Below are positions 24,490 to 37,816 of a stretch of 64,000 nucleotides of DNA, in pieces (positions within the stretch are counted from its first letter, which is position 1; each line of letters starts with the position of its first letter). The translations under genes were made by a program, and so were the position numbers. A model generated the notes under the pieces. The model saw only the letters and a list, made by a program, of their open reading frames with translations. It was not told where the DNA came from and ran no database searches. The stretch is from Negaprion brevirostris. Taxonomy: Eukaryota. The DNA is taken from assembly GCA_030324005.1 (NCBI GenBank), contig JARDVH010000133.1:42275810-42339809 (forward strand). The letters are read 5' to 3'.

Positions 24490-24580
24490 ACACTTGTTGA
24501 ACTCCCCTGCTCTGATTCAAGAGTGCCATCCACCTGAGTGGATGGGCAGGAGCTGGGCTTATCATCTCAAATTGCAATAC
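24490..24580 (-). mobile_element. Decayed DeuSINE (SacSINE1/AmnSINE-like) core fragment
   Basis: ctcccctgctct...gagtgccat...ccacctgag resembles the reverse complement of the Deu domain (recognised from memory). Confidence 0.45.
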
Positions 24581-24960
24581 CAAATTCATAAGTTTCAACT
24601 TACTGGTTTTGCTAATTCACAAAACCGATATCCAGTGAAGACTATCTCCAGGCAAGTATTATCTGTTGCTGCAGCAGCTACATCATTTCAAAAAAACTGG
24701 CAGTTTTCTGTTTCTCTGAGAAATTTTTGAAATAGTTTGCAGTCATGTAGTGGTTCTGGATGTCAGCAACTCTGAACCACTGTTGTTTCCTTTGGATTTT
24801 TTTATTTGGCAACTTTAATGCTGGGAATAAGAATGAGGGCTTTCACAGGAAAGTCCTAAAAGAACTAATCAGAAATTTTAGAAATCACACCATGCTTTCC
24901 TTAACCCGGCCTCCAAAAGCTGTGTTATGATCTGGTTTGTCTATGAAATTACAAAATAAG

Positions 24961-25060
24961 AACATAAGAAATAGGAGCAGGAGTAGCCCTTCGAGCCTGC
25001 CCCGCCATTCAGTAAGATCATGGCTGATCTGTCGTGGCTCAGTTCCACACTCCCGCCCTC
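24961..25060 (-). mobile_element. Young CR1 3' end running into a gap
   Basis: aacataagaaataggagcaggagtag...cccttcgagcctgccccgccattc, nearly identical to 45247-45321. Confidence 0.8.
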
Positions 25061-25899
25061 NNNNNNNNNNNNNNNNNNNNNNNNNNNNNNNNNNNNNNNN
25101 NNNNNNNNNNNNNNNNNNNNNNNNNNNNNNNNNNNNNNNNNNNNNNNNNNNNNNNNNNNNAAAACTGCCAGTTTTTTTGAAATGATGTAGCTGCTGCAGC
25201 AACAGATAATACTTGCCTGGAGATAGTCTTCACTGGAAATCGGTTTTGTGAATTAGCAAAACCAGTAAGAATCATAAAGAATGGATTTTTTTGGTCCCTC
25301 CTTCAGAATATGTAGTTATCAAAGAACTGTCTTGTGCATCCCCATCTAATGAGTAGATACTTGTTAAAGTCACATTTTAATCTGCTTAATTTATCTGTAC
25401 AGTGTCAAGCTCAATATCTAAAACTATTATAATAATCCAACTGAACAGGTGGAAGCAGAAGCTGAAAACTAACTTGATAAAATGGTGATTAAGTGTTTGG
25501 TGAAAAATTAAAGTTACTTTAAATATTTCCAGGTTACAAGAATGGCCATAACGTCACAGCATTAACTTGTGGGCCAATATACCATATAGTTTTAAAAAAA
25601 TGCGGAGATCAAATGGCCAGATATTAACTTAATGTAATAACGCAACCATTAAAAACATCTCATTATTGCTCAGAGCAGTTAACTTGTTGGAAGAAATTGT
25701 GGTGATTTTAAATTGAGTGAATTGAGCTAATATATAAAACTCTTCTGCTGGAATAACATAAAGTTCTGACCATCTTAATAGGTACAATTTTGATGAAAGG
25801 ACCTTTCCAATACAATGAAGAATGCAAATATGGAGTTAACAACTAATCATACTAAAATGCACACACTTTGTAGCTGAGTTCAGAGAATTTATTGGATTG

Positions 25900-26300
25900 T
25901 TGATTTGATTTATTGTCACACGTATTAGTACACAGTGAAAAGTATTGTTTCTTGTGTAATACGCAAAGCATACCATTCATAGAGCAGGAAAGGAGACAGC
26001 ACAGAACATAGTGTTAGAGTCATAGCTAGGGTGGAAAAAGATCAACTTAATGCAAGGTAGGTCCATTCAAAAGTCTGATGGCAGCAGGGAAGAAGCTGTT
26101 CTCGAGTCGGTTGGTACATGACCTCAGACTTCTGTATCTTTTTCCCAATGGAAGAAGGTGGGAAGAGAATGCCTGGGATGTGTGGGGTCCTTAATTATTC
26201 TGACTGCTTTGCTGAGGCAGCAGAAAGTGTAGACAGACTCAATGGATGGGAGGCTAGTTTGCATGAAAGATTGGACTACATTCAGAACCTTTTGTAGTTT
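25900..26300 (-). mobile_element. LINE 3' fragment (L2/Rex-like)
   Basis: 3' end (tttattgtcaca...cagtgaaaagtattgtttcttgtg) is the reverse complement of 34880-34975. Confidence 0.6.
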
Positions 26301-27641
26301 TCTTTAAAAAATGTAAACGGTGAAAAGCTGTCAAAATGTGAGTAAACACAGTAAGTAGTCTCACAACATGTGTTTACCCCAGTCCAATGCCAGCATCGCC
26401 ACTAAATGTGAGTACAGCAGTATACTTTCTTACTCCTATCCATTGGAGTTAAAGCTGAAATCATAAGGCAGACCAGAACAGAGTCCTCAATATTCTCACA
26501 CTCACTTCACACTAACACTAGAATCCTTGAGTAGCTACCATGGCAATATCAATAGTCAGATCCACAGCACTGTTCATCTTACAGAAATAACTGCATCAGC
26601 TGAAAGGATTTTCTGCAGCATGAAAGATGCTTCAAAGAGCAAAGGAAAGAATCTCAGCTGTAGCTTTCAAAATATTCCTTGCATTGTTCTTAATGAGAAG
26701 AAACTGAACCAAAGAATTTCTCTGTAGAAGGTAGAGATTATGATTTCAAGGCGTTAACTCTAGATCTTCAGTTGTTGTTGCAGGACTGTGGATATGAGAA
26801 ATGGTCTTTCCATATCAAAGGCATTTTTATTGGCTGTGAATACGCTTATGATTGATTACCACATGCCATTTAAAGCTGTAGAAGCGATGGGCCCTTTTTT
26901 ACATAATTAAGCACATAAAATACTGAAAATTTCTCTTCTCTTCCCCATCTTTCTTTCCATAACAAAAGCACATCACAATCAGTCACTTACGATGATCCCC
27001 TCATATACATGGGAAAGACAGGCAAATGTGGCCAAAGTGTTCACCAACCAGTGACAAGCAACAGGATGGATGTCAGGCAGCATTATTATTCTCTTCCCTC
27101 AGACAACTCAGATAAAGCTGCCAATATTTCCTCTGTAAGGAAAGGTTACTGTGAATCCTCTCCTCAACAATAGGAATATGCCATTATTTCCACCTGCAAT
27201 AACATGCAGCACAGCCCATTTCATTGTGGTTTTCATTACTGTGCTTTAAAGACAATCGAGAGAAACACAGGTATTTACTTTCCAGAATTGGGATACCTTA
27301 TAACTGGCAGCCTTGGTAAAGATTGGTTGATTATATTAAAGATACACAGGTGATGGGTATTGTTCGATTAAGGACCGAGAGCACACACGGACCTCCTTGT
27401 GAGTCGGATTGTGAGCCTGATACAAGTGGTCATTAACAGATCGAGGGTTGTGGAGGTTGTTGTTCGACCTGTCTGCTCTTATTCTGTGGGTGTGCTCACA
27501 CCTGGATATTCCTGGAGAGGGATCATACAGTATTCGCTAGTGCAGTCACAGCAGTTGGAATGCAGAGTCAGCCCTGGGAACACTATTTTAATTTGAGTTA
27601 GTTGATTGAATTTGAAAGTTTCCTTACAAAGGTTGATTTTT

Positions 27642-27856
27642 GTACAGTGTCCCTTTAAGGGCTGTTAATTTGTCAATTTGTTAATTTTATTGGTTCATGG
27701 GTCATTTAAAAGAACACATCAAGAAAGTCAGCTGGGACACTGGCAGTTAGGAGGCAGAGATCTGTAATGCTGCATCTTGTGAATAAACCTACTAACAAGA
27801 AAAAGATTGATGTTTTGCTTTGTACTTCACCATCTGGTTTGGATCCTTTTAACAAC
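27642..27856 (+). mobile_element. Possible solo LTR
   Basis: tgt start, gtccctttaag motif, internal aataaa, end near ...aaca; family not determined. Confidence 0.4.
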
Positions 27857-28972
27857 TCTGGCAGGGAAGTGTACTTTGGACCTCTGGCTTTTTTAGCCAG
27901 TTAAACATACAACACTTACAGGAATGCAAACTGTTGNNNNNNNNNNNNNNNNNNNNNNNNNNNNNNNNNNNNNNNNNNNNNNNNNNNNNNNNNNNNNNNN
28001 NNNNNNNNNNNNNNNNNNNNNNNNNNNNNNNNNNNNATAACTAAGCCCCTGGCCATTGTTCACACTTTCTGCACGTATAAAATTTCCAAGGTTGAGGATC
28101 TTCTGACTTCCTTCATGGTTCATATCATCAGACAAAGGCCTTTTACTGGCAGTAGTCGAACCTGTGGAAGTGGAAGTTGTGCAAATGGGGCCATCTTGCC
28201 TCTTCTCTCCGCATTCATTTAGGTCTTGTCCTGGCTCATCCACGATCCACCCATCATCATCCATTTGACTATCAATTTTATCTAGGTATTGAATCCCATT
28301 GACTCGATCTGCAAAGAATGAGGTTTTGGAATTAACCAGGGATTTCCTACTTCTGAAAATTGGACAGCAATTGAATTCATTTGGATTAGATTTAGGAGGA
28401 GGAGATAATTACTGTAAAAACAGGCAAATAATTCTTTTGCTGATAAAAAACAAAAATGTTTGGAGGAAAAAAACTGAAATACAAAACAAGATTACAAATC
28501 ACAATGAAGTTAAAAGGTTTTGATTCTGACGCCAGAAGCATTTGTAATAAGCCACTGGAAAGTAATTTCCATCTGGTACAAATACTCACATCACTGAAAT
28601 AATGAAGTGAGCCAGACAAGAAATGGAGGTCAGAAAGCAGGGTATTAGCTAATTAATGATTGTAAGATCTTCAGTTCCATTCACATTTCCTTGGGTAATG
28701 AAGCAGTGAATGCCCACATGCAGTAAGAACTGAACAATATCCAGGCTTGATAAGTAGCAATTAATAAGAAATACCATACAAATGTCAGACAGGTTAGATG
28801 CTGTGAGGATGTTTACACTGGTTGGGGAATTGAGAATGAAGGGTCATTGTCTCAGAATAAGGTCAGTGCATTGACGAGGAGAAATTTCTTCACTCAAACC
28901 ATTCTGAATGTTTGGAATTTTGGATTTCAAGGGCGTTGGACATGCAGTTATTAAATATGTTATTAGTTTTAG

Positions 28973-29250
28973 GGGGAGGCGATGACATAGTGGTATTGTC
29001 ATTGGGTCATGGCAGATGGTGAAATTTGAATCTAATAAAAATCTGGAATTAAAAATCTAATGATCATGAAACTAACATTTTTAGAGAAAGAAATCTGCCA
29101 TCATAATCTGATCTGGCTGATGTGACTTCAGACTCACAGCAATGTGGTCTTTGATGCCCTCTGAAATGGCCTACCAGGCCACTCAGTTCAAATGCAATTA
29201 GGGCAATAAGTGTTGGCCCAGCCAGTGATGTCTGCATCCCATGAATGACA
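28973..29250 (+). mobile_element. tRNA-derived SINE, second family
   Basis: Head ggggaggcgatgacatagtggtatt; tail ggcaataagtgttggcccagccagtgatgtctgcatcccatg matches the LINE end at 15076-15120 (reverse complement). Confidence 0.7.
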
Positions 29251-31284
29251 GGGATTGATAGATCTTTGTTACTACAGGAATTGAGTGCAGGAAGACAGAG
29301 GGAGGAGATCAGCCATAACCTTACTAAATGGCACAGAAGGCTTAAGTAGTCAAATTCATGTTCTTGTCCTTCTATGTTATTACCAAAATCAGGAGTGTAA
29401 TGGAATATTCTCTACAATATTCAGAAGTTTGACAGTGACAAGGCAGCCTCCTCGACTGGCACTTCATCCACTAGCATAAACACTGTGGTTGCAACTTCAG
29501 TCATGTTTAGAATTTACAATTGCAAACTGATGTTACAGTACAGACTGCAGCAACTTACCACAACTTTTTTGTCAACACTTCTCAAACCCACAACTTCCAG
29601 TTAGGTCAATCAAAGCAGTAGGTACATGGGAAACCATCAGCCCAAGTTTCTTTCCAAGACTAACACTTTCATAACTTGCTTAAACATTGTTCCTTTCTCG
29701 TAGCTGGATCAATATCCTTGAATGCTTGATAGCTTTTAAGTGTCTTAACCACATGGAGTGCAACAGTTCAAGAGCAGCAGCCGCCACCACCACCACCTTT
29801 TCAAGGGATACGAGGATAGATAACCTTGCCTGTGTCATCCACAACCCAAGAATTATTATTTTAAAAAAGTGGCCATGATGTCATAGGAAAATCTCTGTAA
29901 TAGTTTGAGTAGTTAGGCAGCTACAGAATAGCTGATGTCGCTAAGAACAGAAATAATTGCTGGCTGCAGGAAACAAATGAGAATCATGGGGATTTTCAAC
30001 ATAACAAATGGTACAACAACTAACCAAAAACTTGGTTTAAGGAGAAAAACAACAGCAGTGAAGTAATAGTTCTTTCTCAACACAAACTGATGAAGTGGCA
30101 TTCTGTGACAGATGCTAGAATTCAATCCACATTTAGCAGCGCACACAAACCAATTAATGGGCTGGAAATGCGTGAATGCTTGGGTTCTTGCACTTATTAG
30201 AAAGTCAGATTTGATAACTGCAACAGAAGGGAAGGTCAAAACAACACAGATGCCAATAGTTTAGAAGAACAAATCTTGTAGCTATTTTATCAGCTCTAAG
30301 GAAATTTAAGTTAAGAAGTGATACTGAATTTCAAACAAAATTGTTGTTTTTTTCCAATATGATTACACTTTGAATTGGAATGTGTAAAGTAACTATTTCA
30401 ATGGAAAACTACAGGACCAAAACTCCAGTGACTGAATAAGGGCATTAACATTTCTTCTCAGTAAAATACACACGGAATTGAAAATGGAATGAAACAAAAG
30501 AAACTGTGGAATGCAGATATTAATGCAAAAGGTAACCGTAGTTACAGAGAGAGGACAAGTCAAGAAAGACAAAACAAACAAAAATCATGACTAAATGTAA
30601 ATTAGTCCTCTGCTTAATGTTTTTAAGAACCCAATTGATATGTTGATGTAAAAGCAAATTACTGTGGATGTTGAAATCTGAAAAAAAATAGTGGAAAATC
30701 TCAGCAGGTCTGATAACATCTGTGGAGAGAGAACAGAGCTAACGTTGAGTCTGGATAACCTTTCATCAACATGTCTCATGACACTGGAGTGGTGGAAGAT
30801 AGCAAGTGTAATTTTAAGAACCAAAAAGGAGGACTGAGGCATTGCAGGAATGCTCAACAGCATTCCATCACTTATCATCAGTCATCCAAATACCTAAAAG
30901 GCCAGAGAGACGAATAATTATTTTAGAATCATCAGGTCATACCTCACAAATTTACTTGAATTCTTTTGAGGAAATAAGAAAGCTGAGGGGTTAGCCTGGC
31001 TTTGCAGAACACATTTACTGAAGGTCTGTACAAAGTTTTTGAAGATAAATCATGATTAATAATGTATTATGTAACTGGGCCAAAAGTTTACTGGGCAATA
31101 GAGAGCAGAAATATGGTGCTGGAGAGCTAAGCAATTGGTGGCATGTGTTAACAAGACCAAAGAGGAAGAGGTAGGCAGTTTCATCCATTTCAGTTTAAAT
31201 ATCCAAGAATATCTCATAACTTTCCCTCCCTTCTCCCCAGCTGACCCCCACCCATATGTAGGATGTATTTTTATCTCAAATATG

Positions 31285-32980
31285 GAGCAATGGGCCATTC
31301 AGCCTGTCAGGTTTGTTCCACCATTAGTAATATCTTGCTGATCTGATGGTAACCTATCACCCCCTTGCTGACCAAGAATCTATCCACTTGTGCCTTACAT
31401 ATCATTTAAGGAGAGTGTTCCAAAGACTCACGGCCTGCTAAATGAAAATAATTCACCTCATCTCCATTTTAAATAGGCAACACTTTATTTTAAAATAGTG
31501 ACCGCCAAGTTCTAGATTCTCCCACAAAATGAAATATCAGCTCCACATCCACTTGATAAGGCCCATCAGGATTTTGTATATTTCAATCAAGTCATCAATT
31601 AATTCTTTTAAACTCCACCACATCCAAGCTTGGTCTGTCTTGTTTCCTTATTAAGATAACCCACTGAATTCAGATAGTAGTCTGGTAAAGCTTCTTTGAA
31701 CTGCTGCATTGGTCTCACTAGCGCTTGTACAACTGAAGCATCTCATTCGTACTCAATTCCCCTTGCAATAAATGATAACATCCTTTAGCTTTCCTAATTA
31801 TTTGCTGTACCTGCATATTAGCTCTTCGAGCATCATGCATTCGGACACCCAGATCCCTCTGCATCTCAGAGCTCTGCAATCTTTCACCATTTAGATGTGT
31901 CATTGTTATTCTTCCTGTCAAAATGGGCAATTTCACATTTCTCACATTACACTCCATTTGCCAGATCTTTGTTCACCCACTTGACCAATCTACATCTTTC
32001 TGTAGCCTCTTTTTGTGCGTGTCTGCGTGGGTTTCCTCTGGGTGTTCCTCCCACAGTCCAAAATGCATGCTGGTTAGGTGCATTAGCCATGTTCAATTCT
32101 CCCTCAGTGTACCTGAACAGGTGCCAAAGTGTGGCGACTAGGAGATTTTTACATTAACTTATTGCAGTGTTAATGTAAGCCTACCTGTGAAATGAATAAA
32201 TAAACAAAAACTAAAAGCTTTTCACAATTTACTTTCCTACCTTTGTGTCATCAGCAAATCTGACAACCATCCCTTCAGTCAAATCACTTAAATTTTATTT
32301 AACGTTGGACATTGATGAGACCACATTTGGAATTTTGTGTTCAGTTCTGGTCACCTCGCTATAAGGAGGATGTGGGAGCATTGGAGAGAGTGCAGAGGAG
32401 ATTTATCAGGAACCTGCCTGGTTTGGAGGGTAGGTCTTATGAGGAAAGGTTGAGGGAGCTGGGGCTTTTCTCTTTACAGCAGAGGAGGATAAGAGGTGAC
32501 TTAATAGAGGTTTATAAGATGATAAGGGGGATAGATAGAGTGGACATACAGGGACTATTTCCTCAGGTGGATGTAGCTGTTACTAGGGGACATAACAATA
32601 AGGTTCATGGTGGGAGATGTAGGAGGGATGTCTGAGGTAGATTCTTCACTCAGAGGGGTTGGGGTGTGGAATGCACTGTCTGCTGTGATCGAGTCGGACA
32701 CTTTAGGAACTTTCAAGCAGTTACTGGATAGGCACATGGAGCACACCAGAATTATAGGAGGGGGATAGCTTGATCTTGGGTGTGGACATAGCTCAGCACA
32801 ACATTGAGGGCCGAAGGGCCTGTAGTATGCTGTACTGTTCTATGTTCTAAATTCTAAATAGTTGCGGTCCCAGCATTGATCCCCGAGTACCCCTTGTTTC
32901 TTGTCAACTGGAAGACATGTCTATTCTCTGCTTCCTGTTAGCCAGCCAATCTTTTAACCATGTCAAAATGTTACCCCCTC
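31285..32980 (-). mobile_element. Old CR1 fragment hosting two nested insertions
   Basis: Minus-strand peptide LNGERLQSSEMQRDLGVRMH...QVQQIIRKA; interrupted by a V-SINE (about 32015-32215, +) and a younger CR1 (32312-32850, +). Confidence 0.8.
32312..32850 (+). mobile_element. CR1-type LINE 3' fragment
   Basis: RPHLEFCVQFWSPRYKEDVGALERVQRRF...RGDLIEVYKM; ttctatgttcta tail. Confidence 0.92.
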
Positions 32981-33739
32981 TAACAGCGCAAATGATTCAA
33001 AGTATGTTCATCTCCATAACACAACTTTTAAGGTCACTTAAATATTAATCACTGCATTAAAAAGATCTTGACATTTAGAAATTCTATTTTCACCACTTTG
33101 AAGCCTATTTGTTCGACTCTTGCAAGATCTCCACTGGATTTACATTCCTCATGCCATTTGCTGACCAAAATACCCCCACAGAGTCACCTTGCGATTTTTC
33201 AAAAGTGCAAATCTTTGAATTTTTCTCACAAAACAGATGTCTGGCAACAGAAATCAACCTGGGGTTTATGTTTTGGATTGCCAGCTGTGCTTGAATGCCC
33301 CTTGTGTCTCAATGACTCATATGTGAATGAGCTTAAGCACAACCTCTTGCCTTGCACACGACTGTTTGAGCTACATAATTCACCATTCTGTTTTAATGAC
33401 TGCTGCTCTGTACATTATTCATTTATTCTCTTCTGTAAAATACTAATCCACATTGAATTTCATATGTCAGTCATTTTGCCCAACTAATTTTTTTTGGCCA
33501 AGCTAATTCCTCAAAATCAACTTGTATCCTGTTTTATCATCTGTTAAACTTGACCGTTTCAGAATCCAAATCATTGAAACTAATGAACACTATTGCTTCC
33601 AACATTCTAAGTGCCCAACAATCAAGTACGTGCCACACAGAGGACAAACAGGCCACGTTCAATCAGTATTCCCTTTAAGACTCTTGCATGTTCTCACTTT
33701 CTCATTCTCTCCAAATGGCTGTTGTTGGTAGTTTGAAGG

Positions 33740-34010
33740 TCCTGACATTTTTGATGATGGATCACCCTTTTAATTGTGATGGCTCGTGTGGACAGGCTCA
33801 CTGGTGTAATTCTGAGTAGAGGGATCTGCTTGGGCAGTCTGATGTCAGGCATTCTGGTGACATGTCACATCAATTCATCTGATGTGAGATTACAATGGCT
33901 TCAATGTTTGGCATGTGTGGATCTTGCACGATACTCATGTTTGTCTTTCTGTCCTCCTACAAGATTTGCAAGATCCTCTTAATGAGTGATGTTTTCCAGA
34001 GCCTCGATAG
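33740..34010 (-). mobile_element. RTE-clade LINE fragment
   Basis: Minus strand reads HVTRMPDIRLPKQI, a typical RTE ORF C-terminal motif. Confidence 0.65.
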
Positions 34011-34974
34011 GTTGTCTGAGTTCACCAACATTGACATGCATGGAGCAAACTACTGCTCGCAAGACTTGAGTTTTATATCAGTCTGACATCACAACTCTGA
34101 AAAACTTGAGAACATAATTTAGCACAGGCCAAGCTAGCACACTGATAAAGAAACATATAACTGAAACCAATATCAGCTTTTTGAAATAAATAGCTTCCAA
34201 GTTATGGGATGCAAAGGACATTTTCTAATACTTCACTAGAAAACTCAGTTGAAGGCAGTGGGTTTAATATATTTGATGTGAATTTGTAGAGGACTTTGGT
34301 CTTAGAATTCAAGACAAGTATCACGCTAGTACNNNNNNNNNNNNNNNNNNNNNNNNNNNNNNNNNNNNNNNNNNNNNNNNNNNNNNNNNNNNNNNNNNNN
34401 NNNNNNNNNNNNNNNNNNNNNNNNNNNNNNNNACAAACTTGGATGGAGATATAAACTGTGTGTTGCAGTACTTCAGATTGGGCATTAATTTGTGCTTCAT
34501 GAACATATGGATTTCTGTTACACAAGTGGTTTGAAGATTTGGCTTGCAGCTGATTCCGTATATAAAAGGATTAACATGTTAAGTTATTACCACAACTGAT
34601 GGGTGTCTGTCAGTGGTAAGTTGCAGTCTTATTGTAAGAAAGATTGAGATTATGGTTGGTACAATTGCATACCTTTGTTTGACACCTGTTTTGGCAAGGA
34701 AGGAATCTGTAGTTATTGCATTGTACTATTAATGTAGCTTTGTAGTAGAGGGATGGTATTCGTAAACTTAGGTGGGCATCCATATCACTGTAGCACCTTC
34801 CAACTGAGAATTTTATTTACAAACAGCCTAGCAATGACTCTAACACTACATTCTGCACCCTCTCCTTTCCTTCTCCCCTATGTATTCTATGAACTGTATA
34901 CTTTGTCTATATAGCACACAAGAAACAATGCTTTTCACTGTATCCCAAGACACATGGCAACAATCAAATCAAAT

Positions 34975-35790
34975 TGGAGGCTTCTGTGAGACTGAAGAAA
35001 GCCAGATACAAAGGCATGTTTTGCTCTCTGTATTTTTCTTAAGTTGCATTGTTGTGTAGATCCTGCTGGCGTTCTTTTGGTCAATAGGAAGCCACACTGG
35101 GACTCTGAAAGGGCCATTTCTGCAGTTGCCAAGAGAAAATTGAGAACCAACCCAGCTAGGACTTTGCCAACTACAATGAATAATGTTATGTCACTGCAGT
35201 TGCAATAGTTAAACCTGTTTCAGTTCTTGAAGACTGATCATTAGGGGATCTCTTTAAGTCACCTGGAATTTCTATGATTTGACAGAGCTTTACAAATAGG
35301 GGACATATCCAAAGGAACTGTACTTTCAGAACAGTATTACTGTTGTTGGGGAAAGCTGAAGCAACCATGTCAGTGGGTAGCAGATAGTTGGAACACCCTC
35401 AGAAATGAAAGCTAGTTGCAAAATAAGTAGCACCTCACTTGAAAAGTAAGCAGTCATGGGCTGCAGTGGCAAGATGTATAGGGTAGAGTGAGATAGCGGG
35501 TGGTCGACATCATGCCAAACTTTCAAACGTGGCTTAGAGCACCCTGTGAAATTTAAGTCAGGGTCACCATTCAATAATTCCTCCAACAATAAAATTTCTC
35601 AAAAGGAGGATTGGCTGGCAGTACAGCCTTGTCCTCAATTATACAGGCTTGTCTCGGCAAAACCAAGCAATGCTCGCTCAAGACAGCATGGGGCCTGTTG
35701 TACAATAGGCTCCACATTCTAAATGACACGGGCCCTTCCACAGCCAGTGAATTCTATTAGGCAATTTCACAATCAGCTAGTGGAAATCAG
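34975..35790 (-). mobile_element. RTE-clade LINE fragment, decayed
   Basis: LSESQCGF (LPESQCGFR-like RT motif) on the minus strand. Confidence 0.55.
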
Positions 35791-36798
35791 GGCAGGATCT
35801 TGATATTTGGCGACTTCTAGATGCATCAAACACAAACACGACAGTTACCTTTAAACAGTATTGTATAAACCTATTTTTGGAAGTCTAGGTACCGCATTTG
35901 GCCTTTTTATAGTCCACTTGAAACGTCACAACAAAAATCAGTGAGGTTGCTCTGTCAGGATCTTGGCTTCTGAAAACACGCTAACTGATATTTTTCTTGC
36001 TATTATGGTACATAACATTTAACAAAAGTCAATAAGTCTTAGTTATCCAATTCTTTACTTTACACTTTGGAAACGAGAACTGTTTCTGTGTTGAAGTTTA
36101 TTAGAATCTCTCTTAAGTCATCTAATATTTGTATTTTTCATCTTCCCCAAACTTCCTTACCCAATCTTTCCCTGTCTCTCCTGTGAAGGTACTTCCCCTT
36201 GCAGAGTATAGCATTTTGGTAAAAGCAAAATACCGCAGATGCTGTAGATCTGAAATAAAAACAGAAAATGCTGGAAAAACCTCAGGTGTGGCAGCATCAG
36301 TATAGAGAGAAACAGAGCTAATGTTTTCAGTCCTCTTCAAAGCTCTGAAATGTTACGACTCGAAATATTAATTACAGCGTTTTGACAGTCTGGTGAAATG
36401 CCCATCCTTCATCTGAAAAGCTCCAGCATCAGGGAGCATACCACAATCACATCCATCATGGTTATTTCCATGCTTGTGTAAACGCAGCTTCCAGTGGAAT
36501 CACTGCACAATCAGTATGGGGAATTCTTTCCCCCTTAAGTTGGGGACAAATGCTTTAACTGATTAAACTATATTTATTGCTTGCCTCAGACCAACAGAAA
36601 ACCCAATTCCTCCATTTTAAACAATAAGGATGTAGAATCAAGCAGGCATTCACTTGAAGCCTGACAGTTGCACTTGCATCTGAACATTTAACAGCAGGNN
36701 NNNNNNNNNNNNNNNNNNNNNNNNNNNNNNNNNNNNNNNNNNNNNNNNNNNNNNNNNNNNNNNNNNNNNNNNNNNNNNNNNNNNNNNNNNNNNNNNNN

Positions 36799-37390
36799 CC
36801 TAACCTACACATCCCGGGACACTGAGGGGCAATTTAGCATGGCCAATCCACCTAACCTACACATCCCGGGACACTAAGGGACAATTTAGCATGGCCAATC
36901 CACCTAACCTATACACCTTTGGACACTGAGGGGCAATTTAGCATGGCCAATCCACCTAACCTATACATCTTTGGACACTAAGGGGCAAATTAGCATGGCC
37001 AATCCCTCTAATTTATACATCTTTGGACACTAAGAGGCAATTTAGCATGGCCAATCCACCTAGCCAGCACATCTTTGTTCAATAAGGTACAATTTAGCAT
37101 GGCCAATCTCCTTACCTTGCACATCATTGGACACTAAGGGGCAATTTAGCATGGCCAATCCACTTAACCAACACATCTTTGGCCACCAAGGGGCAATTTA
37201 GCATTGCCAATCCACCTAACTGACACATCTTTGGACACTAAGGGGCCATTTAACATGGCCAATCTCCTTACTCTGCACATCTGTGGACACTAAGGGGCAA
37301 TTTAGCATGGCTAATCCACCTAACCTGCACATCTCTGGACACTATGGGGCAATTTAGCATGGCCAATCCAACCAGCCTGCATATTTTTGG
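36799..37390. repeat. 52-bp minisatellite derived from a V-SINE segment, at least 11 copies
   Basis: aatttagcatggccaatc recurs at 36831, 36883, 36935 and so on to 37351, with exact 52-nt spacing; the array abuts a gap. Confidence 0.95.
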
Positions 37391-37535
37391 ACTGTGGGAG
37401 GAAACTGGAGCACCTGGAAGAAACCCACGCAGAAACGGGGAGAACATGCAGACTCCGAACAGTGACCCAAGCCGGGAATCGAACACGGGTCCCTGGCACT
37501 TCGAGGCAGCAGTGCTAACCCACTGTGCCACCCAT
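37390..37535 (-). mobile_element. V-SINE head and V-domain continuous with the 52-bp array
   Basis: Minus strand: gggtggcacagtgggttagcactgctgcctcgaagtgccagggacccgtgttcgattcccggc. Confidence 0.9.
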
Positions 37536-37816
37536 AAGATGCTAGCTACGTAGTAGCTGCAAGTGCGTCTTGTACCATTGACAAGATGCACTGCACCGAC
37601 TCACCAAGGTTCCATCGACAGCGCCTTCCAAATGCTCTGGCCAGAATCTTATCACTGTTCACACTGCCAGGATTTCCCTTCCCGCTACAGTGCATGGAGA
37701 TTTGGCTGAGTGGCAAATTCTCTGACCTCACTGCAGCAGGAGAGTGGCATGAACGGTCACTAAGAACTTGCCACCACCTATACCATCCAGAGGGACAGAG
37801 GCAGCAGATGCCTCGG

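Noticed and set aside
26991-27132. Exon-like segment (ttccttacag ... gtaagt) on the minus strand
   Set aside because: Stops in all three frames, with no other support.
34668-34710. IPSLPKQVSNK|gtatgc as the LDLPKR exon
   Set aside because: Stop upstream and wrong phase; the true exon is at 52310-52381.
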